A stretch of DNA of 63,998 nt, the filler included, from a bacterium (GTDB lineage Bacteria; JBBIVP01), in assembly GCA_037439705.1 (NCBI GenBank). It is 10 parts of 10 records of this genome, joined end to end, with 100 filler letters (N's around TTAATTAATTAA, not from the genome) between each part and the next. Parts side by side here need not be neighbours in the genome. Positions count along the whole stretch, not along the records: positions 40,729 to 47,192 come from JBBIVP010000123.1; positions 47,293 to 53,728 come from JBBIVP010000124.1; 8 more parts are not named here. One strand, given 5' to 3'. The notes under the pieces are model-generated. The model did not search any database. It saw only the letters and a program-made list of their open reading frames with translations, and was not told where the DNA came from. Every line of letters starts with the position of its first letter. The stretch's first letter is position 1. Made by a program: the position numbers and the translations under genes. Below are positions 40,729 through 52,424 of the stretch, one piece after another.

Positions 40729-41617
40729 AACAGGGATATGGGGAGAACATCTCGTAAAAGGGTTTGAAGTCTATTCATCCCTACAAGAGGGGAAGGACAG
40801 GCTTAAGGTTTCTGATTTCATAATAATTTCAACAAAATCGTTTGATACAAAAAGGGCTGTGGAGGAAATTTATCCGTACATAAATGAGGATGCAATAGTT
40901 TTATCCTTCCAGAACGGTCTTGGAAACATGGAAGAGATAGAAAAGAAGATAGGAAAAGAAAGGACAGGAGGGGCAAGGGTTATATTCGGTTCAAAAATCC
41001 TTTCTCCCGGAGAGATAAAGATAACAGTTTATGGAGGAGAGGTTTTGCTCGGACACCTTCTTGGAAAGGAAGCCCCGCAATGGGCAATAGAAAAAATCAG
41101 AAAACTGGCAGAAATCCTGAATTCATCAGGAATTCCTTCAAAATTTGTGGATGACCTTCAACCCTATCTTTGGGAGAAGATGCTTTACAACTGTGCCCTC
41201 AATCCCCTTTCTGCTATTTTTAATGTTTCTTACGGCACACTTTACGAAAATGAGGAAACTCGCTCAATAATGAAAGAAGTCGTGAAAGAGATTTTTGAAA
41301 TTATGGAGAAACTTGGAATAAAAACCAGATGGACAGACTCCGATGAATATTTCAGGTACTTCGGAGAAAACCTTATTCCTCCCACATCCGCTCATGTGGC
41401 TTCCATGGCAGAGGATATTACCAATGGCAAAAAAACGGAAATTGATTTTATGAACGGTTATGTTGTGAAGATGGGCGAAAGGTTAGGACTTAAGACACCC
41501 CTTAACAGGACACTTACCCTTATGATAAAGTTTCTTGAAAAAACAGGAGGTGAAAAGTGGATAAAAAATTTTTCGAAAAAAAGGGAGAATGGGAAGAACT
41601 TTATAAAAAAACCATAG
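40729..41617 (+). CDS. panE: 2-dehydropantoate 2-reductase family protein (5' truncated)
   Basis: [34 protein letters not shown]; frame open from scaffold start. Confidence 0.88.
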
Positions 41618-43209
41618 AGAAATCACCTGAAAGAAAAGAAAAATTTCTTACACCCTCAGGAATTGAACTCAAACCGCTTTATACTCCAGAAGACTTCCAG
41701 GATATAAATTACTCAGAGGAAATAGGTTTCCCGGGAATTTTTCCATTCACAAGAGGTGTTTATCCAACCATGTACAGGGGAAAAATCTGGACGATGAGGC
41801 AGTATGCAGGATTTGGCACGGCAGAGGAGACAAATAAAAGATTTAAATATCTTCTGAAACAGGGTCAGACAGGACTATCTGTTGCTTTTGACCTTCCGAC
41901 ACAGATGGGTTATGACTCAAACCATCCCATGGCAAAAGGAGAAGTAGGAAGGGTGGGGGTAGCAATTGATTCATTAAAGGATATGGAGATTCTGTTTGAA
42001 GGTATTCCTCTTGATAAAGTGAGCACATCCATGACAATAAATGCGACAGCTATGATTCTTCTTGCAATGTATATGGCGGTTGGGGAGAAGCAGGGAGTTC
42101 CATATGAAAAACTGAAAGGGACAATTCAGAACGACATATTGAAGGAATACATAGCAAGGGGGACATACATATTTCCTCCTGAACCATCACTCAAAATAAT
42201 CACGGACATATTTGAGTATGCAAAGGACCATCTTCCCAATTTTAATACAATAAGCATAAGCGGATATCACATAAGGGAGGCTGGAGCAAATGCTGTTCAG
42301 GAAGTAGCCTTCACACTTTCAAATGGAATAGAATATGTTAAATCAGCGATAAAGGCGGGGCTTCAAATTGATGAATTTGCACCGAGGCTTTCCTTCTTTT
42401 TCAGCGTTCACAATAATTTCTTTGAAGAAATAGCAAAATTTCGTGCAGCAAGAAGATTATGGGCTGAAATAATGAAGGAAAAATTCGGTGCCAAAGACCC
42501 TGCTTCATGGACATTGAGATTTCACACTCAGACAGCGGGTTCAACCCTGACTGCCCAGCAGATTGAAAACAATATAATAAGGGTAACCATTCAGGCTATT
42601 GCAAGTGTTCTTGGAGGAACACAGTCCCTTCACACAAATTCCATGGATGAAGCGCTGGCACTTCCTTCGGAAAATGCGGTTAGAATTGCTTTAAAAACCC
42701 AGCAGATTATTGCCTTTGAAAGCGGTGTAGCGGATACCATAGACCCTCTCGGAGGTTCATACTTCGTGGAAAAATTGACAAAGGAAATATATTCAAGGGC
42801 TAAAGCCCAAATAGATAAGATTCAGGAAATGGGCGGAATGATAAAAGCGATTGAAAATGGATATGTTCAGGAGGAAATAGAAAAATCAAGTTATGAATAT
42901 CAACTGGCAATAGAAACAAAAAGGCAGATAGTAGTTGGAGTTAACGAATTTCGTTCGGAAGAGCCCACCAGAATTGAAAACATATTAAAAATAGACCCCA
43001 AAGTAGAAAAAAGGCAGATAGAAAAACTTAAGGCTTTAAAAAAAGAAAGGAACGAGGATTCGGTAAAAAGTGCGCTCAAAGAACTTGAAATTGCAGTTGC
43101 TGAAAATAAAAACCTGTTTCCCTTTGTTCTCAAGGCTGTTAAAACCTATTGTACCCTTGGAGAGATTGTGGAGGTGATGGAAAAGAAATACGGAAGGTAT
43201 AAAAGGTAG
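41557..43209 (+). CDS. Methylmalonyl-CoA mutase, substrate-binding subunit of split enzyme
   Basis: PFTRG, RQYAGFG (Tyr), [12 protein letters not shown] (Arg), [11 protein letters not shown]; no B12-binding DxHxxG domain. Confidence 0.9.
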   Translation: MDKKFFEKKGEWEELYKKTIEKSPERKEKFLTPSGIELKPLYTPEDFQDINYSEEIGFPGIFPFTRGVYPTMYRGKIWTMRQYAGFGTAEETNKRFKYLLKQGQTGLSVAFDLPTQMGYDSNHPMAKGEVGRVGVAIDSLKDMEILFEGIPLDKVSTSMTINATAMILLAMYMAVGEKQGVPYEKLKGTIQNDILKEYIARGTYIFPPEPSLKIITDIFEYAKDHLPNFNTISISGYHIREAGANAVQEVAFTLSNGIEYVKSAIKAGLQIDEFAPRLSFFFSVHNNFFEEIAKFRAARRLWAEIMKEKFGAKDPASWTLRFHTQTAGSTLTAQQIENNIIRVTIQAIASVLGGTQSLHTNSMDEALALPSENAVRIALKTQQIIAFESGVADTIDPLGGSYFVEKLTKEIYSRAKAQIDKIQEMGGMIKAIENGYVQEEIEKSSYEYQLAIETKRQIVVGVNEFRSEEPTRIENILKIDPKVEKRQIEKLKALKKERNEDSVKSALKELEIAVAENKNLFPFVLKAVKTYCTLGEIVEVMEKKYGRYKR

Positions 43210-45059
43210 TGAATATAAAGGGGACATTTAAAATTTTCATTTTTTCATTTTTGCTCGGAATTTTTGCGGGTGGTTTTACAACACTCTATTACATACTTTT
43301 TTTCAGCCTTCCTCAGGTAGAGGAAATTGAAAATTATCGTCCACCAGAACCAATAAGAATTTATTCTTCAGATGGGGTTTTAATTGATCTCATTGGAGAA
43401 GAAGTGAGAGAGTATATTAAACTTTCAAATATGGCTGATTGTGTAACAAAGGCCATTGTTGCTGCAGAGGATGCAAGTTTTTTCTCACATACAGGAATTT
43501 CTCCAAAAGGAATGATAAGGGCATTTTTTAAAAATTTAATCTCTATGAAATGGGTCCAGGGAGGAAGCACAATTACGCAACAGCTTGCTAAAAACCTTTT
43601 TCTTACATCAAAAAAGACATTGAGTAGAAAAATAAAAGAGATTCTTTTTGCAATAAAAATTGAGAAGAAACTTTCAAAATCGGAGATTTTAGAACTATAC
43701 CTCAACCAGATATATTTTGGAAACGGGGTTTACGGAATAAAAAGCGCTGCAGAACTCTATTTCGGAAAACATCCTTCCCAGTTAACCCTTACCGAGTGTG
43801 CCCTTCTCGCTTCCCTTCCCCGTTCTCCTTCACTCTACAATCCATTCAAGGAAAAAGAAAGGGTAATTGCAAGGATGAAATATGTCCTTCAAAGGATGTT
43901 TGAGACTGGATTCATAACCAGGGATGAACTTGAGGAAGCTAAAAATTCAGACATCTTTTTAAATCTCAACAAAGGTATAAAGAGATTAACACCTTATTTT
44001 ACTGACTACCTTCTCTCAATTCTTGAGGAAAAAATTGGAAAGGAGATTTTTTACTCTGAGGTAAGGGAGATAAGAACGACCCTGAACTATTCTTTTCAGA
44101 AAATAGCAGAGGAAGCGCTAAAAAATGGAATTGATGAATTGAAAAAAAGGCACAGAAAGCTTTATTCAAAATACAATGAGGAACCTCAGGGATGCGTGCT
44201 CATTATTTCTGCAAAAACAGAAGAGATATTGGCGATGGTGGGCGGAACTGATTATTCAACTTCACAGTTTAACAGGTGCGTTCAAGCCAGAAGGACAATC
44301 GGTTCGCTTGTAAAACCATTTATCTACGCATCCGCAATAAAAATGGGATTTAAACCGGAAGATACAATCTGGGATATGCCCGTAGTTTATGAGTGGAGAG
44401 GAAAGAAATGGGCTCCACAAAATTATGATAAAAATTACAGGGGATTGGTCACATTGAAAGAGGCACTTGAACTATCGCTCAACCTTCCAACAATAAGACT
44501 CCTTTCAAAAATAGGGGTCCAGAAAACAGTTTTGGAACTTTCAAGATTTGGTTTTAAAATTGATAAAACGCCAGACCTTACCATCGCTCTCGGAACAATT
44601 TCCGATTCCCCGCTTGAAATCACCTCCTATTTTGCAGCATTTTTCAACAGGGGTGTATTACCACAGCCAACAGGTGAAAAAGAGGTAATAATGAAAGATG
44701 GAAACAGGATATTGCCTGTTTATAGCGCTAAAAAAGTTCTTTCTGAAAAAGAAGCATCTACAATGATGGAAATGTTGTTAGACGTTATAAAGAATGGAAC
44801 AGGAAAATTTGCTGTGGAATATACGGGTAGAATAGGAGGGAAAACAGGAACAACGGAAGACTACAGGGATGCCTGGTTTATAGGATGTTCTTCAGAAATA
44901 TGTATCGGTGTGTGGGTTGGTTTTGATTCCTATTCTCCACTTGGAGAGGGAGAAACGGGCGCTAATGCTTGCGGTCCTATATTTCTTCATATTGTCAAAA
45001 ATCTCCCTCCCCACCTTTTTCCCCTTCAAAAGGGTTCTAATGAAGAAAATTCTTACTGA
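43209..45059 (+). CDS. Class A penicillin-binding protein (PBP1A family)
   Basis: AAEDASF, QGGSTITQQLAKN, RKIKE; SLVK, SLN and KTG transpeptidase motifs. Confidence 0.93.
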   Translation: MNIKGTFKIFIFSFLLGIFAGGFTTLYYILFFSLPQVEEIENYRPPEPIRIYSSDGVLIDLIGEEVREYIKLSNMADCVTKAIVAAEDASFFSHTGISPKGMIRAFFKNLISMKWVQGGSTITQQLAKNLFLTSKKTLSRKIKEILFAIKIEKKLSKSEILELYLNQIYFGNGVYGIKSAAELYFGKHPSQLTLTECALLASLPRSPSLYNPFKEKERVIARMKYVLQRMFETGFITRDELEEAKNSDIFLNLNKGIKRLTPYFTDYLLSILEEKIGKEIFYSEVREIRTTLNYSFQKIAEEALKNGIDELKKRHRKLYSKYNEEPQGCVLIISAKTEEILAMVGGTDYSTSQFNRCVQARRTIGSLVKPFIYASAIKMGFKPEDTIWDMPVVYEWRGKKWAPQNYDKNYRGLVTLKEALELSLNLPTIRLLSKIGVQKTVLELSRFGFKIDKTPDLTIALGTISDSPLEITSYFAAFFNRGVLPQPTGEKEVIMKDGNRILPVYSAKKVLSEKEASTMMEMLLDVIKNGTGKFAVEYTGRIGGKTGTTEDYRDAWFIGCSSEICIGVWVGFDSYSPLGEGETGANACGPIFLHIVKNLPPHLFPLQKGSNEENSY

Positions 45060-47192
45060 AAATCAACGAAGAGTGAGTATGGATATGCAGGAGAGTATCC
45101 ACTTACTGAACAAACCTCAATGTAGAAGACAGCAGGAATGGTGATGCTGATAGGATAAACAATTTGTTCGTCAGAATTTGATGGATTTTCAGAACAGCTT
45201 AAGAATTCCATCCATTGATCGAAGAGACAGAGATCATAATTCCTGCTCTCAGGAATATCGGTGAGATAAATAATCATCTCGGTTGCAGAGGAAGGATATA
45301 CTCTAACTGAATAATAATCTTGTTGTAACCCTATAACACGGTTCCATATGTACCCAGCAATAGCACCGTAATTGAATCCAGAATCAATTAGCTTTATAGC
45401 GTACATTTCGCCGTCATTATGCTCCCATGGATCCACATTTCTTGTTCTCATGTATGCCCTGTTTCCAAATTCTGGCCATGGGAGAAGTGAAGGACGAGGA
45501 AGGTCAAATGGAGTTGTAAGGGAATAAACCTTTCCTGTCCCATCCGAAATTACTATATCTATTTTCCAGTCTCCGTTAAAGTCGCCAATAAGTGGAGAAG
45601 ATTTTATAGAATTTCCCAAAAGGTATTTCCATAATAGTCCACCATTTTCACCGTTTAAAACATAAAGCATGCCATCGGAAGAACCAACAATCGTCTCAAG
45701 ATTTCCATCTCCATCAATATCCCCTATCACAGGTGAGGAATCAACTTCTCCATTTGTTGTGAAGGACCAGAGGGGTGAACCATCATTTCCATTTATAGCA
45801 TAAATTGCCTTACTTCTTGAGCCTATTACCACATCAAGGTCTCCATCTTTATCTACATCAGAAATGGCAGGAGATGAAAAAACAGATGCGCCAGTATCAA
45901 AACTCCACAGCAGATCTCCTGTCCCTCCTATGGCGTATACCTTTCCATCAAAAGAACCTACCACTGTATCCAGATCTCCGTCACCGTCAATATCACCTAT
46001 AGAAGGTGAAGAACGAACTCCAGCACCTGTTGTATATGACCAAAGAATATAACCAGTTCCTGTAAGAGAAACAGCAAATATGTTCGTGTTGTTGTCAAAT
46101 CCTCCAACTACAACATCGCTTGCTCCGTTCTGATTCAAATCCCCGTATGCGGGTGAAGAATCCATAACATACCAGCCGTTTGTGGAATAGGTTCTCAATA
46201 ATGAACCATTATCTCCTTTGACCACATATATCCCTCCCGCATAAGAAACAATCAGAACATCAGGAATTCCATCAGCATCTATGTCCCTTATAATTGGTGT
46301 TGATGTAACGCTATAGAAGGTTGGAGGGGAACCAGGAATCGAATAAATCCAGAGAATGCTTCCATCTCCTGCATTTAAAGCATAAACCTTTGCATAGTAG
46401 CTTCCAAAGACTATCTCAAGCTTTCCATCATTATCCACATCTCCTATGGAAGGGGTAGTAAAGTTGAGGTCATCCGGAGAGGGAACAAATTGCCAGAGTA
46501 TCGTTCCGTCCACTCCGTTCAGACAATATACCCTTGCAGGGTTTTTGGTTGTTATTATAATTTCATGAACCCCATCCCCGTTCACATCAACAGGAACAGG
46601 TGACGATTCAACGGGAATACCAAAGTCAATTTCCCATAACAGGTCAACAAGGGCAGAGGCAATTTTCCATTGATATGATGCAGGGGTAGGATCTTCGTTC
46701 ATAGACTGGTCATAAGCTTTTACCTCAAAAAGGTGTTCTCCAAGAGCCAGGTCAGTATACACTTGCGGGGAAGAACAGGGAACGAATTCAGAACCGTCAA
46801 GTCTGCATTCATATGTGCAGGGTTCTTCATCGCAGGTGAATTCAAAAGTTGCTGTTGTAGAAGTGGTGAGGGATGGAGGATAGGAAGTAAGGATGGTTTC
46901 AGGTGGGGTGGTATCACAGGTTTCATCTATGAATGAATCACAGTCATTGTCAAGATTGTCTCCGCAGATATCATAAGACGGCAATACCTCCCCTTCACAT
47001 TCACCCCATTCACCATTGTAACAGGTCTGGGTTCCCGCACGACATTCTCCAACCCCTTCTGTTCCCGGGGGACCGGAATAGCACGACTGGATTTCTCCGT
47101 GGATGCAGGAACATCCTTCATCAACATTCGTATCACAATTGTTATCATATCCGTCGCATATTTCCTGAGCACCTGGATTAAAGAAGAAATTA
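45053..47192 (-). CDS. Large modular extracellular protein: MopE-type Cys repeats, Ig-like domain, FG-GAP/PQQ-like propeller, PPC-like C-terminus (5' truncated)
   Basis: Frame open to scaffold end: EICDGYDNNCDTNVDEG, ICGDNLDNDCDSFIDET, DTTPPET, repeated SSP.IGD.DGDG..D.VVGS. Confidence 0.85.
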
Positions 47193-47294
47193 NNNNNNNN
47201 NNNNNNNNNNNNNNNNNNNNNNNNNNNNNNNNNNNNTTAATTAATTAANNNNNNNNNNNNNNNNNNNNNNNNNNNNNNNNNNNNNNNNNNNNCC

Positions 47295-47323
47295 ATTATA
47301 ACTTCTCGGAAATCAGATGTCAA
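47295..47323 (-). promoter_or_regulatory. Perfect sigma70 promoter pointing off the scaffold end
   Basis: TTGACA-17-TATAAT on minus strand. Confidence 0.7.
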
Positions 47324-47432
47324 GGAAAATTTTTGCAGTTACTTATTTCCCTTCCACTTTCCTGATTTCCCCTCGGAATTTATCCACCTTTCAGTATGGG
47401 AAAAAACCATCCCTGATAAAACGGACGCAACA

Positions 47433-49223
47433 TTATTGAGAAGTGCTTTTAAGAACTTCGTCTATTTCATTTCCCTCCAGAACCTCCTTTTCAAGAAGAG
47501 CCTTAGCAAGTTTGTGGAGTTTGTCCATGTTCTCAGTAATTATTTGTTTTGCTCTTGAATAACAGGTTTCAACAATCCTTTTTATCTCCCTGTCAATTTC
47601 AATTGCTGTGGCTTCACTGAATTCTGCATACCTTGCTATTTCCCTTCCCAGGAATATGTGTTCTTCCCTTTTTCCAAAAGTTACAGGTCCCAGCCTCTCG
47701 CTCATTCCCCACTCACAAACCATCCTTCTTGCAATTTCAGTTGCCCTTTCAAGGTCGTTTCCTGAACCGGTTGTAAGGGTTCCAAGAACAATCTCTTCCG
47801 CTGCCCTTCCCCCAAGGAGCACAGTTATTGTGGCTATGAGATAATCTTTGTTATAGATATATTTATCTTCAAGAGGAAGCTGTTGCGTGGCTCCGAGAGA
47901 CATCCCTCTCGGGATAATGGTTACTTTATGAATTGGGTCGCTGTTTGGATGTATTTTTGCTACCAGGACATGTCCTGACTCGTGATAGGCTGTTAGTTTT
48001 CTTTCCTCTTCGCTTATTATCATGCTTTTTCTTTCAATGCCCATTAGAATTTTGTCCTTGGCCTTTTCAAAATCTTCCTGCTCAACCTTTTTCTTGTTTT
48101 TTCTTGCTGCGATCAGGATTGCCTCGTTCACCATATTTTCTATATCAGCCCCTGAAAAACCGGGCGTCCCCCTTGCAATTTTGGAAAGTTCTACATCCTC
48201 TCCAAGAGGCACCTTCTGGGTGTGAACCCTTAAAATCTGCTCCCTTCCTTTTACATCTGGACGCGGAATGAAAATTCTTCTATCAAACCTTCCGGGTCTA
48301 AGTAAAGCTGGATCAAGGACATCGGGTCTGTTTGTTGCAGCAATGACAATTATTCCTTCATTTGATTCCATACCGTCCATTTCAACAAGAAGCTGATTCA
48401 GGGTCTGTTCTCTTTCGTCATGTCCGCCACCAAGCCCTGTTCCTCTCATTCTTCCCACTGCATCAATTTCATCTATAAAGATGATGCAAGGTGCATGCCT
48501 TTTTCCCTGTTCAAATAGGTCCCTCACCCTTGCTGCTCCAACTCCAACGAACATCTCAACGAATTCCGAACCGCTTATGCTGAAGAACGGCACCTTAGCC
48601 TCTCCAGCTATAGCCTTTGCGAGGAGTGTCTTTCCTGTTCCAGGTGCCCCAACAAGAAGCACACCCTTCGGAATCCTTGCACCGAGGGCTCCATACTTCT
48701 TTGGTGCTTTGAGAAAGTCTATTATTTCTTTGACCTCTTCCTTAGCCTCGTCTATCCCTGCAATATCATTGAAAGTAACTTTCTGAGTGGAAGGGGTGAA
48801 GAGCTTTGCCCTGCTCTTTCCAAAGCTAAAGGCTTTCCCGCCGGGAACTTGTATCTGCCTCATCATTCCTATCCAGAATATTACAAATATAAAGAGCGGT
48901 ATTAGAAAGAGAATATCCCTCCAGAACTGGGTATTTCTTTCCCTTTCGGCTTTCACGCTCACATTGTGGGAACGGAGAAATTTCAGAAGGTCTGGGTCAT
49001 TTATCAGAACAGTTCTGTAGATTTCGTTTTTTATACCCTTTCCTTCCGCTTCATTTCCCTGTATTGTAACCTCTTTTATTTCACCATTTTCAATCTTTGA
49101 GTAAAATTCAGTAAGCGTGAGTTCCTTCGGAGCATACTCTTTGTTTTTTATATACCAGTAGAGTGCTATGAAGACTGTAAAGATAAAAAACCATACTATT
49201 AAGCTTTTTATTGTTTTCTCCAT
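47433..49223 (-). CDS. ftsH: ATP-dependent zinc metalloprotease FtsH
   Basis: Two TMs, [18 protein letters not shown] ([20 protein letters not shown]), HESGH. Confidence 0.97.
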   Translation of the reverse strand: MEKTIKSLIVWFFIFTVFIALYWYIKNKEYAPKELTLTEFYSKIENGEIKEVTIQGNEAEGKGIKNEIYRTVLINDPDLLKFLRSHNVSVKAERERNTQFWRDILFLIPLFIFVIFWIGMMRQIQVPGGKAFSFGKSRAKLFTPSTQKVTFNDIAGIDEAKEEVKEIIDFLKAPKKYGALGARIPKGVLLVGAPGTGKTLLAKAIAGEAKVPFFSISGSEFVEMFVGVGAARVRDLFEQGKRHAPCIIFIDEIDAVGRMRGTGLGGGHDEREQTLNQLLVEMDGMESNEGIIVIAATNRPDVLDPALLRPGRFDRRIFIPRPDVKGREQILRVHTQKVPLGEDVELSKIARGTPGFSGADIENMVNEAILIAARKNKKKVEQEDFEKAKDKILMGIERKSMIISEEERKLTAYHESGHVLVAKIHPNSDPIHKVTIIPRGMSLGATQQLPLEDKYIYNKDYLIATITVLLGGRAAEEIVLGTLTTGSGNDLERATEIARRMVCEWGMSERLGPVTFGKREEHIFLGREIARYAEFSEATAIEIDREIKRIVETCYSRAKQIITENMDKLHKLAKALLEKEVLEGNEIDEVLKSTSQ

Positions 49224-49285
49224 TTTCTATCAGGATATTAAATTCTGGTCTTTAATTCAAATTTCCAAATTGACGCTTTCTGGGT

Positions 49286-49489
49286 TCAGTATTCCTTTTT
49301 TATTATAATTGCGTTTTCGGGACATACCTCAAGACATAGATTGCAGAAGGTGCATTCGTCTTCGTTTTCAGAAACTACGGATATTTTTTCTCCTTTGACC
49401 TCAAAAATGTTAAGGGGACATACTTCAACGCATTTTTTACATCCATCCCTGCAATTTTCCTTTATTATTACTGTAACAAATGTTCCCAT
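49286..49489 (-). CDS. Ferredoxin (4Fe-4S dicluster type)
   Basis: CRDGCKKCVEVCP and CTFCNLCLEVCP. Confidence 0.9.
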   Translation of the reverse strand: MGTFVTVIIKENCRDGCKKCVEVCPLNIFEVKGEKISVVSENEDECTFCNLCLEVCPENAIIIKKEY

Positions 49490-50373
49490 CAGATAAACTC
49501 CTTTATGATTTCTGGAATTTCAGAATAGGTTTCAACCACTATACATCCCGCTGATTTAAAAAGTTTTATTTTTTCTTCTGTGGTGCCGTATCCGGGTCTT
49601 ACAATAACTGAGGCATGTCCGAATCTCATGCCGGGCATTCTATCCACAAACCTTCCTCCGAAAAACACCACAACCTTTTTTGTGAACTTCTCCCTTATGA
49701 ATTCTGCAGCTGCCTCTTCTTTTTTCCCACCCGGTTCACAGAAAAGCAAAACAACTTTTGTTTCCTCATCCTCCTGAAAAAGAGGGAGAAGGTCAGTATA
49801 TGTAGTTCCAACAACCGGATCTCCTCCTATTCCAATCACGGTTGATTGTCCGATTCCATTCCTTGTAAGGATGTTCGCCAGTTCCGTGCACATTCCACCG
49901 CTTCTTGAGATTATCCCAACAGGTCCCTTCATGTAAGCCTTTTCAGGATTGCTTCCACCAAGGTAACCAAGCCTTGTTTCTTCCGGGCATATAATTCCGG
50001 GAGAGTTTGGACCGATAACCCTTGCTCCTTTTGATTCCGCAAATGCAAGCATCTCTATCACATGGGATTTTGGAATCCTTTCGGTTAAAACCACAATGAG
50101 TTTTATTCCAGCATCTGCTGCCTCCATAACTGCATCCTTTGAAAAAAGCGGAGGAACAGAAACAATGGAAGTATCACCTCCACATTTTTCAACTGCTTCT
50201 ATCACGGTATCAAAAACAGGAATTCCGTGAACCTTTTGTCCCCCTTTTCCGGGTGTTACACCCGCCACAACCTTTGTTCCGTATGCGAGCATTTCCTGCG
50301 ACATTGTGGCTGCTTCCCTCCCTGTTATTCCCTGAATTATCACCCTTGTATTTCTGTCCGCAAGGATTGCCAA
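49489..50373 (-). CDS. SucD-like ADP-forming acyl-CoA ligase alpha subunit (TTG start)
   Basis: QGITG, GVTPGKGG, IGPN, SRSGG, GIGGD, phospho-His RFGHAS. Confidence 0.88.
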   Translation of the reverse strand: MAILADRNTRVIIQGITGREAATMSQEMLAYGTKVVAGVTPGKGGQKVHGIPVFDTVIEAVEKCGGDTSIVSVPPLFSKDAVMEAADAGIKLIVVLTERIPKSHVIEMLAFAESKGARVIGPNSPGIICPEETRLGYLGGSNPEKAYMKGPVGIISRSGGMCTELANILTRNGIGQSTVIGIGGDPVVGTTYTDLLPLFQEDEETKVVLLFCEPGGKKEEAAAEFIREKFTKKVVVFFGGRFVDRMPGMRFGHASVIVRPGYGTTEEKIKLFKSAGCIVVETYSEIPEIIKEFI

Positions 50374-51570
50374 TTATCCCTCCTTCTTTAATAATTCCAC
50401 TATGAATTTTGCAGCCTCATCCATTGTATGCTCTCTCGTGAAGTATTTTATTCCATATTTTTCAAGAATTTTAAAACCCTCTTCCTCCCATGAACCCGGA
50501 ACCCTGAAGACAACCGGAAATTTTGATGGGTCTATGCCCTTTGAAAGCATCCCCTTTATAACCCCTCTTGCCACCAAGTCAACCCTCGTATTTGATAGAA
50601 CATTTGTAATGACTGCAACCCCCCTTATTCCCTTTTTGCTCAAAAGGAGTTCTGTCAGTTTCTGAACCTTTTTCACAGTTGGATTTCCTCCTATCTCACA
50701 GTAGTTTGCAGGCTTTCCTCCGTATCTTAAAATTGCGTCAAATACGGTCAAACTTGCTCCTCCACCTCCGATTATCAGTGCAAGATCTCCATCAAATTCA
50801 ACAACCCTCCCGGCAACCCCTCTGTGGTCAAGTTGGTCTATTTCCTTTGCTTTTATCTCAAGTTCTGTTGGTTCCCTCTCCTTTTCCTCTCTTATCGGTA
50901 TGTTGAACCTTTCAAGATTTTTTTTCTGAAGGTTAAGAGCGTCATCGTCTATTTCAATCCTTGAGTCAGCGCAGAAGAATTCGTGTTCTTTCGTCAGGAT
51001 AAGTGGATTTATTTCTGCCAGATTAGCATCCATTTTTATGTAAAGGTCATAAAGCTGGACAGCAATTTCAGAGAGTTGAAGGAGGGTCTTTCCTTTAAAT
51101 CCAGTTGTTGCGAAAAACATTTTCATCATAAAACTTTTAACTCCTGTAAAGGGGTCAATTGTCAATTTCAAAACCCTTCCGGTTTTTGCAATCTCCTCCA
51201 CATCCATTCCGCCCTCTGTAAAGAGAATGCAGTTCCTTTTTTCAAGCTCATCAATGGTGATTCCAAGATAAAACTCCTTTTCCGCCATCAGTTTTTTTTC
51301 AAGAAGAATACCGCGAACACGAGTCCCATCAAATCCTTCCTTGAAAATTTTTTCTCCGAACTCAAGAAGTTCCTTTTCATCTTTTATTTCTCTAACTCCT
51401 CCTTTCTTTCCCCTCCCTCCTTTTAGACCCTGAACCTTCGCCATAAGTGGAAAACCGATTTTTTCACCTGCCTTTAAGAGTTCATCTTCTTTTTCAACGA
51501 GTTCACCTTCGGGCACAGGTAAATTCCATTCCTTAAAAAGCCTTTTCCCCTCAAATTCATAAAACCTCAT
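50374..51570 (-). CDS. Divergent SucC-like ATP-grasp acyl-CoA ligase beta subunit
   Basis: EFEGK, GGRGKKGGV, EFYLG, GGMDVE, AEINPL, IDDDAL; atypical IGGGGAS and NYCEIGGNP. Confidence 0.85.
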   Translation of the reverse strand: MRFYEFEGKRLFKEWNLPVPEGELVEKEDELLKAGEKIGFPLMAKVQGLKGGRGKKGGVREIKDEKELLEFGEKIFKEGFDGTRVRGILLEKKLMAEKEFYLGITIDELEKRNCILFTEGGMDVEEIAKTGRVLKLTIDPFTGVKSFMMKMFFATTGFKGKTLLQLSEIAVQLYDLYIKMDANLAEINPLILTKEHEFFCADSRIEIDDDALNLQKKNLERFNIPIREEKEREPTELEIKAKEIDQLDHRGVAGRVVEFDGDLALIIGGGGASLTVFDAILRYGGKPANYCEIGGNPTVKKVQKLTELLLSKKGIRGVAVITNVLSNTRVDLVARGVIKGMLSKGIDPSKFPVVFRVPGSWEEEGFKILEKYGIKYFTREHTMDEAAKFIVELLKKEG

Positions 51571-52424
51571 TTTTTTATCCTCTTCGCAAGTTTCTTTATT
51601 TTCAAAGCCTGTTCGTAATGAAGTCTCTCAATCATCTCTCCATCAATTGAAATAACACCTATTCCCTTTTTCATGGCTTCTTCATAATGTGATATAACCT
51701 TTTGAGCCCAAAGAATCTCTTCATCAGAGGGAGAAAAAATTCTGTTTACAATTTCTATCTGGGATGGATGAATTATCTGTTTTCCATCAAATCCCATCTC
51801 CTTCGCAATAAGGCAGTCCCTTTCAAGCCCTTCAGTATCTTTTATGTTAAAAAATGGTGCGTCAATGACATCAATCTTTTTTGTCCTTGCTCCTGCTATC
51901 ACCAAACTCATAAGGGGTTGAAGTATTTCCTTCTTGTTCTTACACCTCATTTCTTTTGATAAATCTGCAGAACCAAGAAGAAATGCTGAAAGTTTTTCTG
52001 ACGAATTTGCTATCTCCCTTATCCTGAGAACCGATGAAGGAGTTTCAATCATGAGATGGATTTTTATTTCTTTCTTCAGCCCTTTTTCCTTTGAGACTTC
52101 ATAAACCATCCTTTCAAAACTTTGGACATCTTTTTCCGATAAAACCTTTGGAAGAAGAACCGCATCAATTTTATCGGAAAGAACACTTCTAAGGTCGTCC
52201 CGGGTAAGTCCGCTTTGAAGTCCGTTGACCCTTACTATCACCTCTTTTTCGCCGAAGGACAATTCGTTAATAAAATTTTTAAGAACTTCCCTTGCCTTTT
52301 CCTTCTGGTCAGGGGCAACCGCATCCTCAAGGTCAAAAATTATTGCGTCTGCTTTTAATTCAGCAGATTTTCTTATCATCTTTTCCGATATCCCGGGAAC
52401 ATAAAGTATACTCCTTCTTATCAT
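51567..52424 (-). CDS. CitE/malyl-CoA lyase family CoA-ester lyase
   Basis: RRSILYVPG, DLEDAV, VRVN, LPKV, MIET, GFDGK..IHP.Q. Confidence 0.9.
   Translation of the reverse strand: MIRRSILYVPGISEKMIRKSAELKADAIIFDLEDAVAPDQKEKAREVLKNFINELSFGEKEVIVRVNGLQSGLTRDDLRSVLSDKIDAVLLPKVLSEKDVQSFERMVYEVSKEKGLKKEIKIHLMIETPSSVLRIREIANSSEKLSAFLLGSADLSKEMRCKNKKEILQPLMSLVIAGARTKKIDVIDAPFFNIKDTEGLERDCLIAKEMGFDGKQIIHPSQIEIVNRIFSPSDEEILWAQKVISHYEEAMKKGIGVISIDGEMIERLHYEQALKIKKLAKRIKK

Noticed and set aside
41557-43209. Isobutyryl-CoA or other variant mutase
   Set aside because: Tyr (RQYAGF) and Arg (YIARG) specificity residues fit methylmalonyl-CoA mutase
15780-43209. Physical linkage of meaB and the mutase gene
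   Set aside because: They are on different scaffolds; only the functional connection is supportable
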